Shown here in pieces: positions 1 to 9,435 of a stretch of 64,000 nt of DNA. Position 1 is the first letter of the stretch. Each line of letters starts with the position of its first letter. The notes under the pieces were generated by a model. It saw nothing but the letters and a program-made list of their open reading frames with translations, did no database searches and was not told the DNA's origin. A program made the position numbers and the translations under genes. This DNA is from a virus (Duplodnaviria > Caudoviricetes): IMG/VR virus record IMGVR_UViG_2687453321_000002, positions 26,420 through 90,419 of that record. One strand, written 5' to 3'.

Positions 1-465
1 TTTGGCGTGCAGGCGAAAGGGCTCGGTGATTCTGGTCAGGGGGATATGAACAACTACAACAACAATATTCGCGGGCAGCAGACGACAAAATACAGGCCGT
101 TCCTCAGCAATCTTGATGCTGTTTGGATCCGCTCAACTTTGGGTGCGATCCCCGATGGCTACGATTTCGAGTTTTCACCGTTGGCGCAGCCTAGCGATAG
201 CGAACTTCATGATCAGCGTCTGGCTGACGCACAGGCTGATGATATTCGCCTGCAACAGAGGGTCGTCAAGCCGTCGCAAGTTGCACGTAAATTGATGGAT
301 CAGGGGCTTTATGGCATCGACGAATCTGATATTACCCGCATCGAAGACGATGAAAGCGCCGACCGGGACGGTGATTATCAATTCCGGCTGGGACAAACTG
401 AAGGCCCGAATGGCAACAGTGTCCCAGACCCGAAGGAAGCCGATCCGACCGGTAACGCTGAATGA
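1..465 (+). CDS. Portal protein, C-terminal part (DUF1073-like), truncated by window edge
   Basis: G..DSGQGDMNNY..I...Q and FEFSPL.QPSD motifs; directly precedes head morphogenesis gene. Confidence 0.7.
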   Translation, partial: FGVQAKGLGDSGQGDMNNYNNNIRGQQTTKYRPFLSNLDAVWIRSTLGAIPDGYDFEFSPLAQPSDSELHDQRLADAQADDIRLQQRVVKPSQVARKLMDQGLYGIDESDITRIEDDESADRDGDYQFRLGQTEGPNGNSVPDPKEADPTGNAE

Positions 466-1267
466 CGATACCGAGAAATTCTACAACGGCCAGTTACGGG
501 CGTTAATCCGCTTAATGGCCAGCTCGGTCGAATCGGTGCTCATTCCGGTGCTACGTCGCAACTATACCGCCGATAGCTTTCTTACTGATCTGATTAAAGA
601 GGCCATCCGCCAGGCATCAGAGCAGTTTTACTCGGCAACACTGCAAGCACAGTTTCACCGGTTGGCTCAAACCGTGGTCAGTCGGGCTGAGTCTGATTCA
701 TCCAGTGCGTTTGTTGAGCAGATTAACCGGTCAATAGGCATTGATATGTCTGCGCTGGTAACGCGGGAAAGCCTGGGTGGTTTTTTTGATGCCTCGGTGG
801 AAAGTAACGTCGCGCTGATCAAATCACTATCGTCCGATTACTTTGATGACATTCAGCGTGAAGTGATGGATAGCATCATGCGTGGTGACAGCGTTACTAC
901 GTTGACACGCAACTTGCAGCAGGTGACCGGGGCTGCTTACAAACGCGCCCACCTTATCGCCCGTGACCAGACGGCGAAGATCCGCAGCGATACGACCAGC
1001 CGACGGCAACAATCGGCAGGCATTACGCGATTCCGCTGGTCTACATCTCAGGATCGCCGTGTAAGTGGAAATCCGGCGGGGAAATACCCCAATGCCAAAA
1101 TTAAATGTTTTGTTCTTGCCCGCAACGACGTGGGCTACGGACCGGGCGTTTATCTCTGGTCACGCGGTGCTCAATTTAACGGCGAAACCGGTCTGTTCCC
1201 TGGGCGGGCCCATATCGGTTGCCGCTGCCACGCCATCCCTCAAATTCAGGGACTTGATTACCAATAG
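311..1267 (+). CDS. Head morphogenesis protein (SPP1 gp7/Mu F family); true start probably 371 or 410
   Basis: RAHLIARDQTAK, RWSTSQDRRV and PG..HIGCRCHAIP motifs. Confidence 0.85.
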   Translation: MASTNLILPASKTMKAPTGTVIINSGWDKLKARMATVSQTRRKPIRPVTLNDDTEKFYNGQLRALIRLMASSVESVLIPVLRRNYTADSFLTDLIKEAIRQASEQFYSATLQAQFHRLAQTVVSRAESDSSSAFVEQINRSIGIDMSALVTRESLGGFFDASVESNVALIKSLSSDYFDDIQREVMDSIMRGDSVTTLTRNLQQVTGAAYKRAHLIARDQTAKIRSDTTSRRQQSAGITRFRWSTSQDRRVSGNPAGKYPNAKIKCFVLARNDVGYGPGVYLWSRGAQFNGETGLFPGRAHIGCRCHAIPQIQGLDYQ

Positions 1268-1275
1268 GACAATAA

Positions 1276-2460
1276 ATGCGGATCACTCTCCACGATCGGC
1301 AGTCCTTTCCTATTAACACCCAACGCATTATTGCCGAGAACGGTTATTTGCGCGTTCCGGGGCGGGTTGCTCGCACCGGCGTGCAGCAATACCTTGCGTC
1401 TGAACTGGGGTTAACGGACAGGCCGCCAAACAGCATTGTTAACGTATATCGACCGCCGGAAGAGGTGTTCTCACCGGCCAGTCTTGCCAGCTATGACAAC
1501 ACCGATGTCACCGTTGAGCATCCCGACGATCTTGTTGATTCGACCACGTTTAAAGAGGTGTCGGTAGGACACGCCACGTCACCGGGGCGTCCTGATGAAG
1601 ACGATGAGAATTATGTTGTCGTTGACTACCTGATTAAAGATCAGGATGCCATCGACAGCATTAACAGGGGCAAGGCTGAGCTTTCTGCCGGTTATACCTC
1701 TGAATACGTTGAGCGTGCCGGTGTTGCGCCGGACGGCACCCCTTATGAGTTCGTGCAAACGGATATCACCATCAACCATACCGCGCTTTGTGACCAGGCT
1801 CGCGCCGGTCGCCGCGCACGATTGTTTGACAATAAACCCACGGAGAAACAATCCATGCCAAAAGTAACTTTGGACAATGGCGTCAAAGTAGAAGTTGCCG
1901 ACGAGGCGACGCAAACACTTATCCAAACCACGCTCGACAGTCTGAAAAAACGTGTGAAGGATGCCGAAGAGGCCGCAGAAAAGGCCGATGAAGAAAAAGA
2001 AGCAGCTGAGGCGAAGGCAGATGCCAAAGACGACGAGATTGAAGAACTGAAGGAAAAAGCTTCAGAAGATGCGATCTCCAGCCGTCTGGCCGATGTTATT
2101 TCCGCTATGGACTCAGCCGTAAAAATTGCTGGTAAGGAATTTACCAGTGACTCCGTCAATCCACTGACTATCAAACGCCAAGCGCTCGATGCGGCAGGTA
2201 TCAAGTGCAAAAAATACGCCTCTTGGGATAAGGCGCCAGAGGCGTATGTAAATGCCTATTTCGATGCGGAGGAAGAACGCAAAGAAATCGAAGACGAGGA
2301 AGAGGAGGAAGAACGCAAGGAAGCGAAAGACTCCGTGCGCCGCCTGGGTGGTGAGTTGGGTAAAAAAGTGAAACTCGGCGATGCCGAAGCACAACGTCTA
2401 GCCACTCGTCAGGCGTTCCTGGATAAGCGTTATGGCCGTAACCAAGAGGACAAAAAATAA
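1276..2460 (+). CDS. DUF2213 prohead protease/scaffold protein
   Basis: NGYL.VPGRVARTGVQQY, ELSAGY, INHTALCDQARAG; acidic coiled-coil C-terminus. Confidence 0.85.
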   Translation: MRITLHDRQSFPINTQRIIAENGYLRVPGRVARTGVQQYLASELGLTDRPPNSIVNVYRPPEEVFSPASLASYDNTDVTVEHPDDLVDSTTFKEVSVGHATSPGRPDEDDENYVVVDYLIKDQDAIDSINRGKAELSAGYTSEYVERAGVAPDGTPYEFVQTDITINHTALCDQARAGRRARLFDNKPTEKQSMPKVTLDNGVKVEVADEATQTLIQTTLDSLKKRVKDAEEAAEKADEEKEAAEAKADAKDDEIEELKEKASEDAISSRLADVISAMDSAVKIAGKEFTSDSVNPLTIKRQALDAAGIKCKKYASWDKAPEAYVNAYFDAEEERKEIEDEEEEEERKEAKDSVRRLGGELGKKVKLGDAEAQRLATRQAFLDKRYGRNQEDKK

Positions 2461-3071
2461 TGGCAATTGCACAGAATGATTTCACGGTATTCCGTGGTCG
2501 CGGCTATGAAGGCCAAATCTCCACCATCGATGTTGCTGACGTTATCAGCCGCATGGTGGAAGACGCGTTTATTCCTTACGGGCGTGCTGCTGTGCGTGGT
2601 GTGGGCAAGCGTACCTGCGCACCAGTAACAGCCGCCAGCAAAGCCGCTGACATTATCGGTTTCACGGTGCGTTCAATGGCCGAAGCCAGCCCAACGCCGC
2701 CTACTGAAAATGGCGAGTATGCGATTGGTTATCCCGTTGATCATGTGGCGTCGCTGCTGCGCAGAGGGTCGATGTATATCTTGTGCGTTGATGGCGCTAT
2801 GGCAGGTGACCCGGTGAGCGTTATCACTGAGGAAGGTGAAAACCTCGGGCGTCTTACAACCGGTGGTGATGGCCTGGTACTCGATTTTGTGAAGTGGGTG
2901 GATACCGTGGCCGCAGGCGAAATCGGTGAAATTCAGGTAGACGGCATCATGGCCGGTGCTGGTGGCGGTGGTGGTGGAACTCCAGGGCCAAAAGGCGACA
3001 AGGGCGATACGGGGCCGGCGGGTCCAGAAGGTCCACAGGGACCAAAAGGTGACAAAGGCGATCCGGCGTAA
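2460..3071 (+). CDS. Capsid decoration/cement protein with C-terminal Gly linker and collagen-like G-X-Y tail
   Basis: Position between scaffold and major capsid; ends [36 protein letters not shown]. Confidence 0.7.
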   Translation: MAIAQNDFTVFRGRGYEGQISTIDVADVISRMVEDAFIPYGRAAVRGVGKRTCAPVTAASKAADIIGFTVRSMAEASPTPPTENGEYAIGYPVDHVASLLRRGSMYILCVDGAMAGDPVSVITEEGENLGRLTTGGDGLVLDFVKWVDTVAAGEIGEIQVDGIMAGAGGGGGGTPGPKGDKGDTGPAGPEGPQGPKGDKGDPA

Positions 3072-3085
3072 GGCCGGATTTTTTA
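3061..3085 (+). terminator. Putative intrinsic terminator overlapping the decoration gene stop codon
   Basis: ATCCGGC-gtaag-GCCGGAT followed by a T run. Confidence 0.5.
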
Positions 3086-3135
3086 TATCCGCCCCGTCAA
3101 ATATTGAATTATTGAAAGATTGAGGATGAAAATAG

Positions 3136-4074
3136 ATGGCTAGAAACGTTTTTGACATGTCGCCGACCGCTGCGCTGTCCTTTTTGGTGCAGCAGGCAGC
3201 TTACATCGAGAGCGAAATTTATCGCCTTGAATACCCGCAATACAAGTACAGCTCGCTGGTTCCGCTGGATGACTCAGCCCCCGACTGGACGAAACAGGTT
3301 GTCTTCCGTTCGGTTGATGCACGCGGTGAGTTGAAACTCTTTGGTCCAAACTCTACCGACGTGCCGACTGTGGACATCGCGATGAATCAGGGCTTCCACG
3401 AAATCAAAACAGCGGCGCTGGGGTATACCTATACGCTGGAAGAGATTGGGTTCGCGCAGCTCAACAACGTCAATCTGGACGTTGAAAAAGGCCAGGCCGT
3501 TCGTGATGTGACAGAGCAGGGGATGAATAAAATCTATCTGCTGGGCCACGATGAAATTGGCGAAGGTTTGTTCACCAGCGGAAATGTGTCCAAAGAAACC
3601 GCACCAGCCACGTTGAAGCAACTGGTGGCCGATATTCCGACCAAAGGCACGCAGCCTATCGTTGATTTGTTCGCTGCTGGTTACAACCAGGTTTACCTGA
3701 CCAATACCAAGACGGTCCGTCGCCCTACTGATTTTGTTCTGCCACCGGAACAAATGCAGTTGCTGATGCGCACCATGCTCAACTCTGCCAACGCCTCGAA
3801 CTACACCTTGTTGCAGTTCTTGCGTGAAAACTTCAAGGATATGGAGTTCACCGACGATCTGCTGCTGACGAAAGCCGATGGTGGCCACGCAGCGGATCGC
3901 ATGATGGTGTATCAGAAAGACATGCGTGTGGTGAAAGGGCACGACGTAATGCCGTTGCAATTCCTGGCACCGGCTACCGCCGACAATATCAACTTTAAGG
4001 TGCCGGCTCTCTGCCGCACCGGTGGCACGGAATGGCGTATTCCGAAAGCGGCTCACTACGTGGATGGGGTGTAA
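3136..4074 (+). CDS. Major capsid protein (DUF2184 family)
   Basis: FL..Q...IE.EIY..EYP, LGYTYTLEE, C-terminal RTGGTEWRIPKA..YVDGV. Confidence 0.85.
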   Translation: MARNVFDMSPTAALSFLVQQAAYIESEIYRLEYPQYKYSSLVPLDDSAPDWTKQVVFRSVDARGELKLFGPNSTDVPTVDIAMNQGFHEIKTAALGYTYTLEEIGFAQLNNVNLDVEKGQAVRDVTEQGMNKIYLLGHDEIGEGLFTSGNVSKETAPATLKQLVADIPTKGTQPIVDLFAAGYNQVYLTNTKTVRRPTDFVLPPEQMQLLMRTMLNSANASNYTLLQFLRENFKDMEFTDDLLLTKADGGHAADRMMVYQKDMRVVKGHDVMPLQFLAPATADNINFKVPALCRTGGTEWRIPKAAHYVDGV

Positions 4075-4076
4075 GC

Positions 4077-4388
4077 ATGGCTGAGTTGATGAACTGGAGC
4101 AATGCGCCGATCGTGGTCACAGACGAAAATGGCGAACGTCACACCATTCCTGCACAGGGCGCGGCAAAAGTGGCGGGGGATTTTTCCTCACATCCTTACG
4201 TTGTCAGCGGCGAATTGTCAGTGGACGGCGAGCTGGTTGCCAAAACACAAGAGGGTGAACAAACGGATATGCAGAAATTGCGCACCCGATATAAGGCCAT
4301 CTTTGGAAAATCAGCGCCGCCAGCAGCCAAAGCCGAGACGCTGATCAAGAAAATTGAGGAATGGCAGGAACAGCAGGACGAAGATTAA
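4077..4388 (+). CDS. Hypothetical head-associated protein
   Basis: ATG 2 nt after capsid stop; hairpin terminator 4411-4435 follows. Confidence 0.65.
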   Translation: MAELMNWSNAPIVVTDENGERHTIPAQGAAKVAGDFSSHPYVVSGELSVDGELVAKTQEGEQTDMQKLRTRYKAIFGKSAPPAAKAETLIKKIEEWQEQQDED

Positions 4389-4450
4389 TCCGCCGTGTTA
4401 TTTACCATCGAACCCGCCGACTATGGCGGGTTTTTCTTGTGGGGTTTCGG

Positions 4451-4873
4451 ATGGATATTACAGCCAAAATTGTGACTGATTTCCGGACTTATTACCCGGA
4501 GTTTAAGGACACCGCCCGGTGGCCTGATGACGAAGTGATCCTCGCGCTGGAGGAAGGTGATTCAGAAACGGGTAAGCGGTGGTTGGGGTATTACGATCGT
4601 CCCGCGTCAATAAAAAAACGCGGAATGTTCGCGTTTGCGGCACACCGCCTGATTATGCGCCGCCGTGCAATGGGTGAAGACGGTGAAGGTGGCGATGCGG
4701 GGGCGGCCTACGCGATTTCAGGTAAATCGGTCGGGGATGAGTCCACGTCGTTTGCTGTGCCATCGACATCGATGGAAGAGCAGACGATTAATGGCGATCT
4801 GCCGCTGACATCGTACGGCATTGAGTTTTTGCGATTACGTCGCAGAGCCGGAACCGGAGCGCTGATGGTATGA
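4451..4873 (+). CDS. Head-tail adaptor (DUF4054-like)
   Basis: FR.YYPEF.D, SGKSVGDES.SF, T.YGIEFLRL motifs. Confidence 0.8.
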   Translation: MDITAKIVTDFRTYYPEFKDTARWPDDEVILALEEGDSETGKRWLGYYDRPASIKKRGMFAFAAHRLIMRRRAMGEDGEGGDAGAAYAISGKSVGDESTSFAVPSTSMEEQTINGDLPLTSYGIEFLRLRRRAGTGALMV

Positions 4874-5337
4874 AATTTAATACGGAGGTGCGCGGCGGAG
4901 AAAAGCTCGCCAAAAAGCTGAAGCAAATTCAGGACCGAGTCACCAGTAAAAAAAGAGTGCTGGTTGGTTTACCTGCCGGCAGTGGGAATTATGAAGATGG
5001 TGCGCCGATCGTGGTGATTGGGGCGGTGCAGGAATTTGGCTCTGCTGATGGTCGAGTACCTGAGCGCTCATTCCTCCGCGTACCACTGCGCCAAAATCAG
5101 GACAACATCAAGAAGGGCTTTGCAGCGCTTTCCCGCCAGGTGGTTAAAGGGGAGATCTCTGCCTTTCAAATGCTGGATCAGATGGGCGCACGTGCAGTGG
5201 GGTACTGCCTGGAGGCTATCGAAACCGGTATAGCACCCGCCAACGCCCCATCGACGATTAAGCAGAAAGGCAGCTCAACGCCGCTGATCAATCAAGGCAT
5301 TTTGAAGGGCGCCATCACTCATGTCGTGGAGGACTGA
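4870..5337 (+). CDS. Neck/tail-completion protein
   Basis: VLVG.P, EFG...VPERSFLR, NAPSTIKQKGSS.PLI motifs. Confidence 0.75.
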   Translation: MKFNTEVRGGEKLAKKLKQIQDRVTSKKRVLVGLPAGSGNYEDGAPIVVIGAVQEFGSADGRVPERSFLRVPLRQNQDNIKKGFAALSRQVVKGEISAFQMLDQMGARAVGYCLEAIETGIAPANAPSTIKQKGSSTPLINQGILKGAITHVVED

Positions 5338-5339
5338 CC

Positions 5340-5759
5340 ATGTTTGGTAATGGGCTGGATATGCGCGGCCACGTTGATTCGACATTTAATTCGAAAATTG
5401 CCGGGGGGATTTGGCTGATCCGTATGAGCGGTGATTACTCCGGCCCTGGCGGCGTGTGGCAGGAGTCGGAGTCTGCCCGCCAGGCGCTTACTCACGTCAA
5501 CGTTCAGCCCGCTCGTTGGCGAGAGATTACGCTACTGGTTGGGCAAGGTGGTGTGGCCATGCTTGGTGACTTCAGAACGGTGCACATCAACGATGGGAAA
5601 ACCTATCTGATGCCTGATGAGAGTGGCGAATACCGTGATCTGCTGGAATTTAGCGACGGTGTGACAATGCGTCGTTGGCGGGTGATGACGGCAGATAATC
5701 GCCCGTGGCGTAATTTTTGCCGCGCTGTTGTTGAAGTGGTCAGGGAGCCTGTGAAATGA
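5340..5759 (+). CDS. Putative head-closure protein
   Basis: Synteny in the neck module; DNRPWRNFC motif. Confidence 0.55.
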   Translation: MFGNGLDMRGHVDSTFNSKIAGGIWLIRMSGDYSGPGGVWQESESARQALTHVNVQPARWREITLLVGQGGVAMLGDFRTVHINDGKTYLMPDESGEYRDLLEFSDGVTMRRWRVMTADNRPWRNFCRAVVEVVREPVK

Positions 5760-6292
5760 AAGAAATCAGTGAACTGCATGCGTTGTTGCAGGGGCTGGTT
5801 TCAGTTTGTTCTGGTTTGGACAGCGCCCGCATTGTTCTTGCCGATCAGGGAAGAGCACCGCCAGGAGGCGGTACGCTCTATGCGACCTACAATCCTATCC
5901 CCGTCCGGGCGTATGGACAGCCCGGTCAGCGACTGGAGTTTATCGCGCCGGTGGAGGAGTTCGACGAGTCTCTGGGGGAGGATTGGCAGGATTTGGAGGA
6001 AATTACGGCCAGCTCGATGGAATTGATGCTGTCGGTGAATTTCTTCAATGAAGGCGCGTCGCAGGCCGCGATGATGCTGCATAACGCCAATTTTCGAACC
6101 CCGGTTAGCGATTTTCTGTTTGTTAACCAGATAGGCTTTCGTTACGTCAGCAATCCCCGCAATCTCAGCTCGCATTTTCAATCCGGTATTCAGCCGCGCT
6201 GGCAGGCTGACATTCATTTATTTGTTAACCATGAAGTTAGCAGCAAAGTATTACGTGCTGCGGGTTTCTCTATTCATTTAACAGAGGAGTAA
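5756..6292 (+). CDS. Putative tail terminator/neck protein
   Basis: Directly upstream of sheath, ATGA overlap. Confidence 0.6.
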   Translation: MKEISELHALLQGLVSVCSGLDSARIVLADQGRAPPGGGTLYATYNPIPVRAYGQPGQRLEFIAPVEEFDESLGEDWQDLEEITASSMELMLSVNFFNEGASQAAMMLHNANFRTPVSDFLFVNQIGFRYVSNPRNLSSHFQSGIQPRWQADIHLFVNHEVSSKVLRAAGFSIHLTEE

Positions 6293-6298
6293 AGCCTG

Positions 6299-7555
6299 AT
6301 GGCGTACTCAGTAGACAATATTATCCCGGTCAACGTGATTATCGGTGCGGCCGGACTGGGGTATGCAGATTTTGCAACCGCCTTTGTTTTTGCCGATCCG
6401 TCTGATTTAGAGGCCGCGGAACCGGATAGCGCTCTGCTCACTGAAAACGGCAACAAAATTGAGACGGAAGATGGCCAGGCTATTATCGTGAATGAACCTC
6501 CGATCACGTTGCGCGGCGTTGAATTCCCCGTTGATACCTACCGCGATTATTCTGGCGTGACAGAGTTGGGGGCGGATTTCCCGACCGCCAGTGAAATTTA
6601 CCGTATTGCCACGCGCTATTTCGCACAGATCCCACGTCCGTCGACGCTCACGGTGTGGATGAAAAATCCTGAAGATGAGGGATTGATAGCGACAGTCAAT
6701 AAAGCAGCCGAAGCCGCCTGGCGTTACAACTACTTCTTTAAAACCGAAGACTACAGCGACGAAAATCTGCTGTTGCTCAGCGACTGGAGCGACGCTGCCG
6801 GCCATCCTGTTTGGTACACCAATACACAGGATGAGGTGATCGATCAGAATGTGAAGGACGACATCGTTTCACTGCTGGCGAAAAAGGGTAATCGCCATAT
6901 GTTTGCGGGGTGGCGAGCACAAGAAGCGGTGGATATTGATCCCTCGCAGGCGCATTCGATGGTACAGGTCGCAGCGACGTTCGCCAAATTCCGCCCCAAT
7001 GGGCTCAACACGGCAATCACTGCCGAGTATCAGGTGTTGCCCGGAATTGATGGCGATGAGTTGCAGACGAGCCACTACAAGGCGCTGAAAGCCAAAAAGG
7101 CGGTCTTTTTCACACCGATCGAGCTGGCTGGGCAGACGGATACCAGCCGGGTGATTAACAGCGTGTCGATGTCGTCCTATGGCGAATTTATTGATGACGT
7201 GATCAACATCGATGTGCTGAAGAACCATCTGCAGGTGGATGGCTACAACTACATCGCCAACGTTGGCACCAAACGGCCGTTAACGCCGAAGGGCTACGGT
7301 GGCTTGCTGAACGTGCTGACCGGCACCCTGAAGCGTTTCTATAACAACGGCGTGCTGGGCGAAGGGACATTCACGGATGAAGAAACCGGTGAAGAGAAAA
7401 CGTCTGCGTTTGGTTTCGTCATCCTCTCCAGAGAAGAAGATGTCCTGAAACTGACCAAGGAGCAGCGCAAGAAGCGCGAATTCCCGCCGACAAAAATCCT
7501 CGTCATTCTGGCGCGTGCCGGCCATGTCGCCGAACTGAACGTAACTGTGGAGTAA
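6299..7555 (+). CDS. Contractile tail sheath (DUF3383-like)
   Basis: MAYSVDNIIPVNV start, GEFIDDVIN.D.L.N.LQ and C-terminal ARAGH motifs. Confidence 0.8.
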   Translation: MAYSVDNIIPVNVIIGAAGLGYADFATAFVFADPSDLEAAEPDSALLTENGNKIETEDGQAIIVNEPPITLRGVEFPVDTYRDYSGVTELGADFPTASEIYRIATRYFAQIPRPSTLTVWMKNPEDEGLIATVNKAAEAAWRYNYFFKTEDYSDENLLLLSDWSDAAGHPVWYTNTQDEVIDQNVKDDIVSLLAKKGNRHMFAGWRAQEAVDIDPSQAHSMVQVAATFAKFRPNGLNTAITAEYQVLPGIDGDELQTSHYKALKAKKAVFFTPIELAGQTDTSRVINSVSMSSYGEFIDDVINIDVLKNHLQVDGYNYIANVGTKRPLTPKGYGGLLNVLTGTLKRFYNNGVLGEGTFTDEETGEEKTSAFGFVILSREEDVLKLTKEQRKKREFPPTKILVILARAGHVAELNVTVE

Positions 7556-7562
7556 ATAGACG

Positions 7563-7967
7563 ATGGCAATGAAGAACTACGGCGCCAGCCATGCTGATCT
7601 GACGATAAACGGCCTGCCGATCGACGAATTCGGTGACAGCGATCCGCCGATCACAATTGAAGATATTGATGCACGCGCCACCCTGAAGCGGGGGATCGGC
7701 AAAACCTCCGTTCGCCTGGATGGGCCGACCCGACCGAAGCGCCTGACCGTCAACCTGATGCCGGGATGTGACCAAGTGCGCCAGTTGCTGGCGATTGAAA
7801 AATCCGGTGTGGATTTCTTCTTCACCTTTCGTCAGCGGGGAACGGATGAGTATGTGGCGGCGTTCGACGGTGTTATGACCCAACGTGGTAGCCTGACCCG
7901 CGGGGGCAAGACCAGCGCCAGTGACGAGCAATTTACATTCGAGTTCGCTGACTCGGAGGAAACCTGA
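7563..7967 (+). CDS. Tail tube protein (DUF3277-like)
   Basis: 134 aa after sheath; LTING.PI, LTVNLMP. Confidence 0.75.
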   Translation: MAMKNYGASHADLTINGLPIDEFGDSDPPITIEDIDARATLKRGIGKTSVRLDGPTRPKRLTVNLMPGCDQVRQLLAIEKSGVDFFFTFRQRGTDEYVAAFDGVMTQRGSLTRGGKTSASDEQFTFEFADSEET

Positions 7968-8230
7968 TGGCAAATAAACAACCGCTACGCGTAGCCATTG
8001 ATTGCTCCAGCCTGAAAACGAAGGTTGATTACCTTTCCTTACTGCTTAACTGCGCTGATTATTCGCCGGAAAAAATCGAAAGCCTTGCGGCGGGGTTATC
8101 CCGTAGCCTGATTTTAGGCGAATGTCATTCTACTATTGCGGCAGACGGCGTGTTGGAACTGCGGCAGGTGGTGGATTTTGGCGGGCAGTACGATGAATTA
8201 GTGGCGAACCTTATCGATACGAAAAGATAA
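7967..8230 (+). CDS. Hypothetical protein between tube and chaperone
   Basis: TGATG coupling and GGAG RBS. Confidence 0.55.
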   Translation: MANKQPLRVAIDCSSLKTKVDYLSLLLNCADYSPEKIESLAAGLSRSLILGECHSTIAADGVLELRQVVDFGGQYDELVANLIDTKR

Positions 8231-8242
8231 AAAGGAACGGAA

Positions 8243-8632
8243 ATGGCACGAAATATTGAAGTGAGAATTAATGAGATTCCATACGTTGGTTCAACGGCGT
8301 CAGCCAAAGACCAGGTGGAAATGCTGCAAATTGCATCACGGTGTGGTCTGCTGCCTGCTATCTCTGACAACGTGACCCCGATGGGAGTAGTGGCCAGTTT
8401 AGCGGCAGTGGACGCGGCCAACCTTAACCGTCTGAAGGTGTTATGCCTGACTAACGGTAATATTGTTCGTCAGAGTGATAATGTGCCGGTGGCCGAAAAT
8501 ATGTTCCAGGATGAAGTACATAATTTTCTGGGATTGATCGGGGGGGTATTGAAAGAAAATATCGGCCCTTTCTGGCAACTCAGCGGCAGCGAAAAAACCA
8601 GCCCCAACGCAGCGGCAGAGACTCAAGAGTAA
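8243..8632 (+). CDS. Tail assembly chaperone; -1 frameshift at C CCT TTC (8566-8572) would extend it to 8796
   Basis: Slippery heptamer in X XXY YYZ register; -1 frame open through VNWFLWRPCAG...RARNK*. Confidence 0.75.
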   Translation: MARNIEVRINEIPYVGSTASAKDQVEMLQIASRCGLLPAISDNVTPMGVVASLAAVDAANLNRLKVLCLTNGNIVRQSDNVPVAENMFQDEVHNFLGLIGGVLKENIGPFWQLSGSEKTSPNAAAETQE

Positions 8633-8886
8633 ACTGGTTTCTGTGGCGGCCTTGTGCCGGTGTCGGGCAACTATGCCCGCCACTGGCTGCATGGTCTGAC
8701 ATGATTGATGGAACTTATTGTCTCGAGGATGTGCAGGCTATGCATGATGTTCTGGATGAGGTGATTGACGCGGCTGAAAGAGCAAGAAATAAGTAGCCCG
8801 CTTCGGCGGGTTTTGTTTTGGTTTGGGGTGACGCTGAGGGCAAGGGGTGGTAGGATTTCTGCTCAAAATATAGGGAGATTCATTAT

Positions 8887-9369
8887 ATGTATAAAGGAAT
8901 GTTGATTCTGTTGTTGTTGGTGGTGTTACCTTGCCGGGCGGATAACCTTTGCTCCCATCGCGATGGGAGCTGGGAACATCGCGTTGTAGAGAATGGCAGT
9001 CTTGATATAGCCACAAAGATGCTTGATAGCAGAGTGAGGATATATATCGGTGGTGTACCAGGAAAGCTGCAATTAATAAGACTGGATGGGGTGGGGCGTG
9101 TAAAAACAGATGCACTAAAATCAGGCGAGCCTAACCCTCTCAGAGCAGCTTTTGTGACAATCGGTAGTGACGTATATAAAAAAGATAAAATCGCAAGCCT
9201 TTACTCTCAAGCTAACGGCGGTTCGATAACCATTCCAATGAGAGAACTTCTACAGTACATATTGAGAAGTCGTATTTTGCATATTTCAATCGAAGGTGAG
9301 AATAATAAGATGATTGAGTATGATATTGATGTTCGGGATATTCCTCTAGGCAGTGGTCATGATTGTTAA
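8887..9369 (+). CDS. Moron: hypothetical exported protein
   Basis: Hydrophobic signal-like N-terminus; flanked by hairpin+T terminators (8795-8819, 9390-9412); lower GC. Confidence 0.65.
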   Translation: MYKGMLILLLLVVLPCRADNLCSHRDGSWEHRVVENGSLDIATKMLDSRVRIYIGGVPGKLQLIRLDGVGRVKTDALKSGEPNPLRAAFVTIGSDVYKKDKIASLYSQANGGSITIPMRELLQYILRSRILHISIEGENNKMIEYDIDVRDIPLGSGHDC

Positions 9370-9435
9370 TTTTTGCCTTCCATTTCCTTGCCCACTTTTA
9401 GTGGGCTTTTTTACATCTAAAATCTGAGGTCTAAT

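Noticed and set aside
1-465. Anti-CBASS Acb1 call sometimes given to DUF1073 proteins
   Set aside because: Position before the head morphogenesis gene indicates a portal; only the C-terminus is visible
3274-4056. 260-aa antisense ORF (and similar ones at 42311-43225, 49336-50169, 47957-48649)
   Set aside because: Shadow frames opposite well-supported structural genes; no motifs
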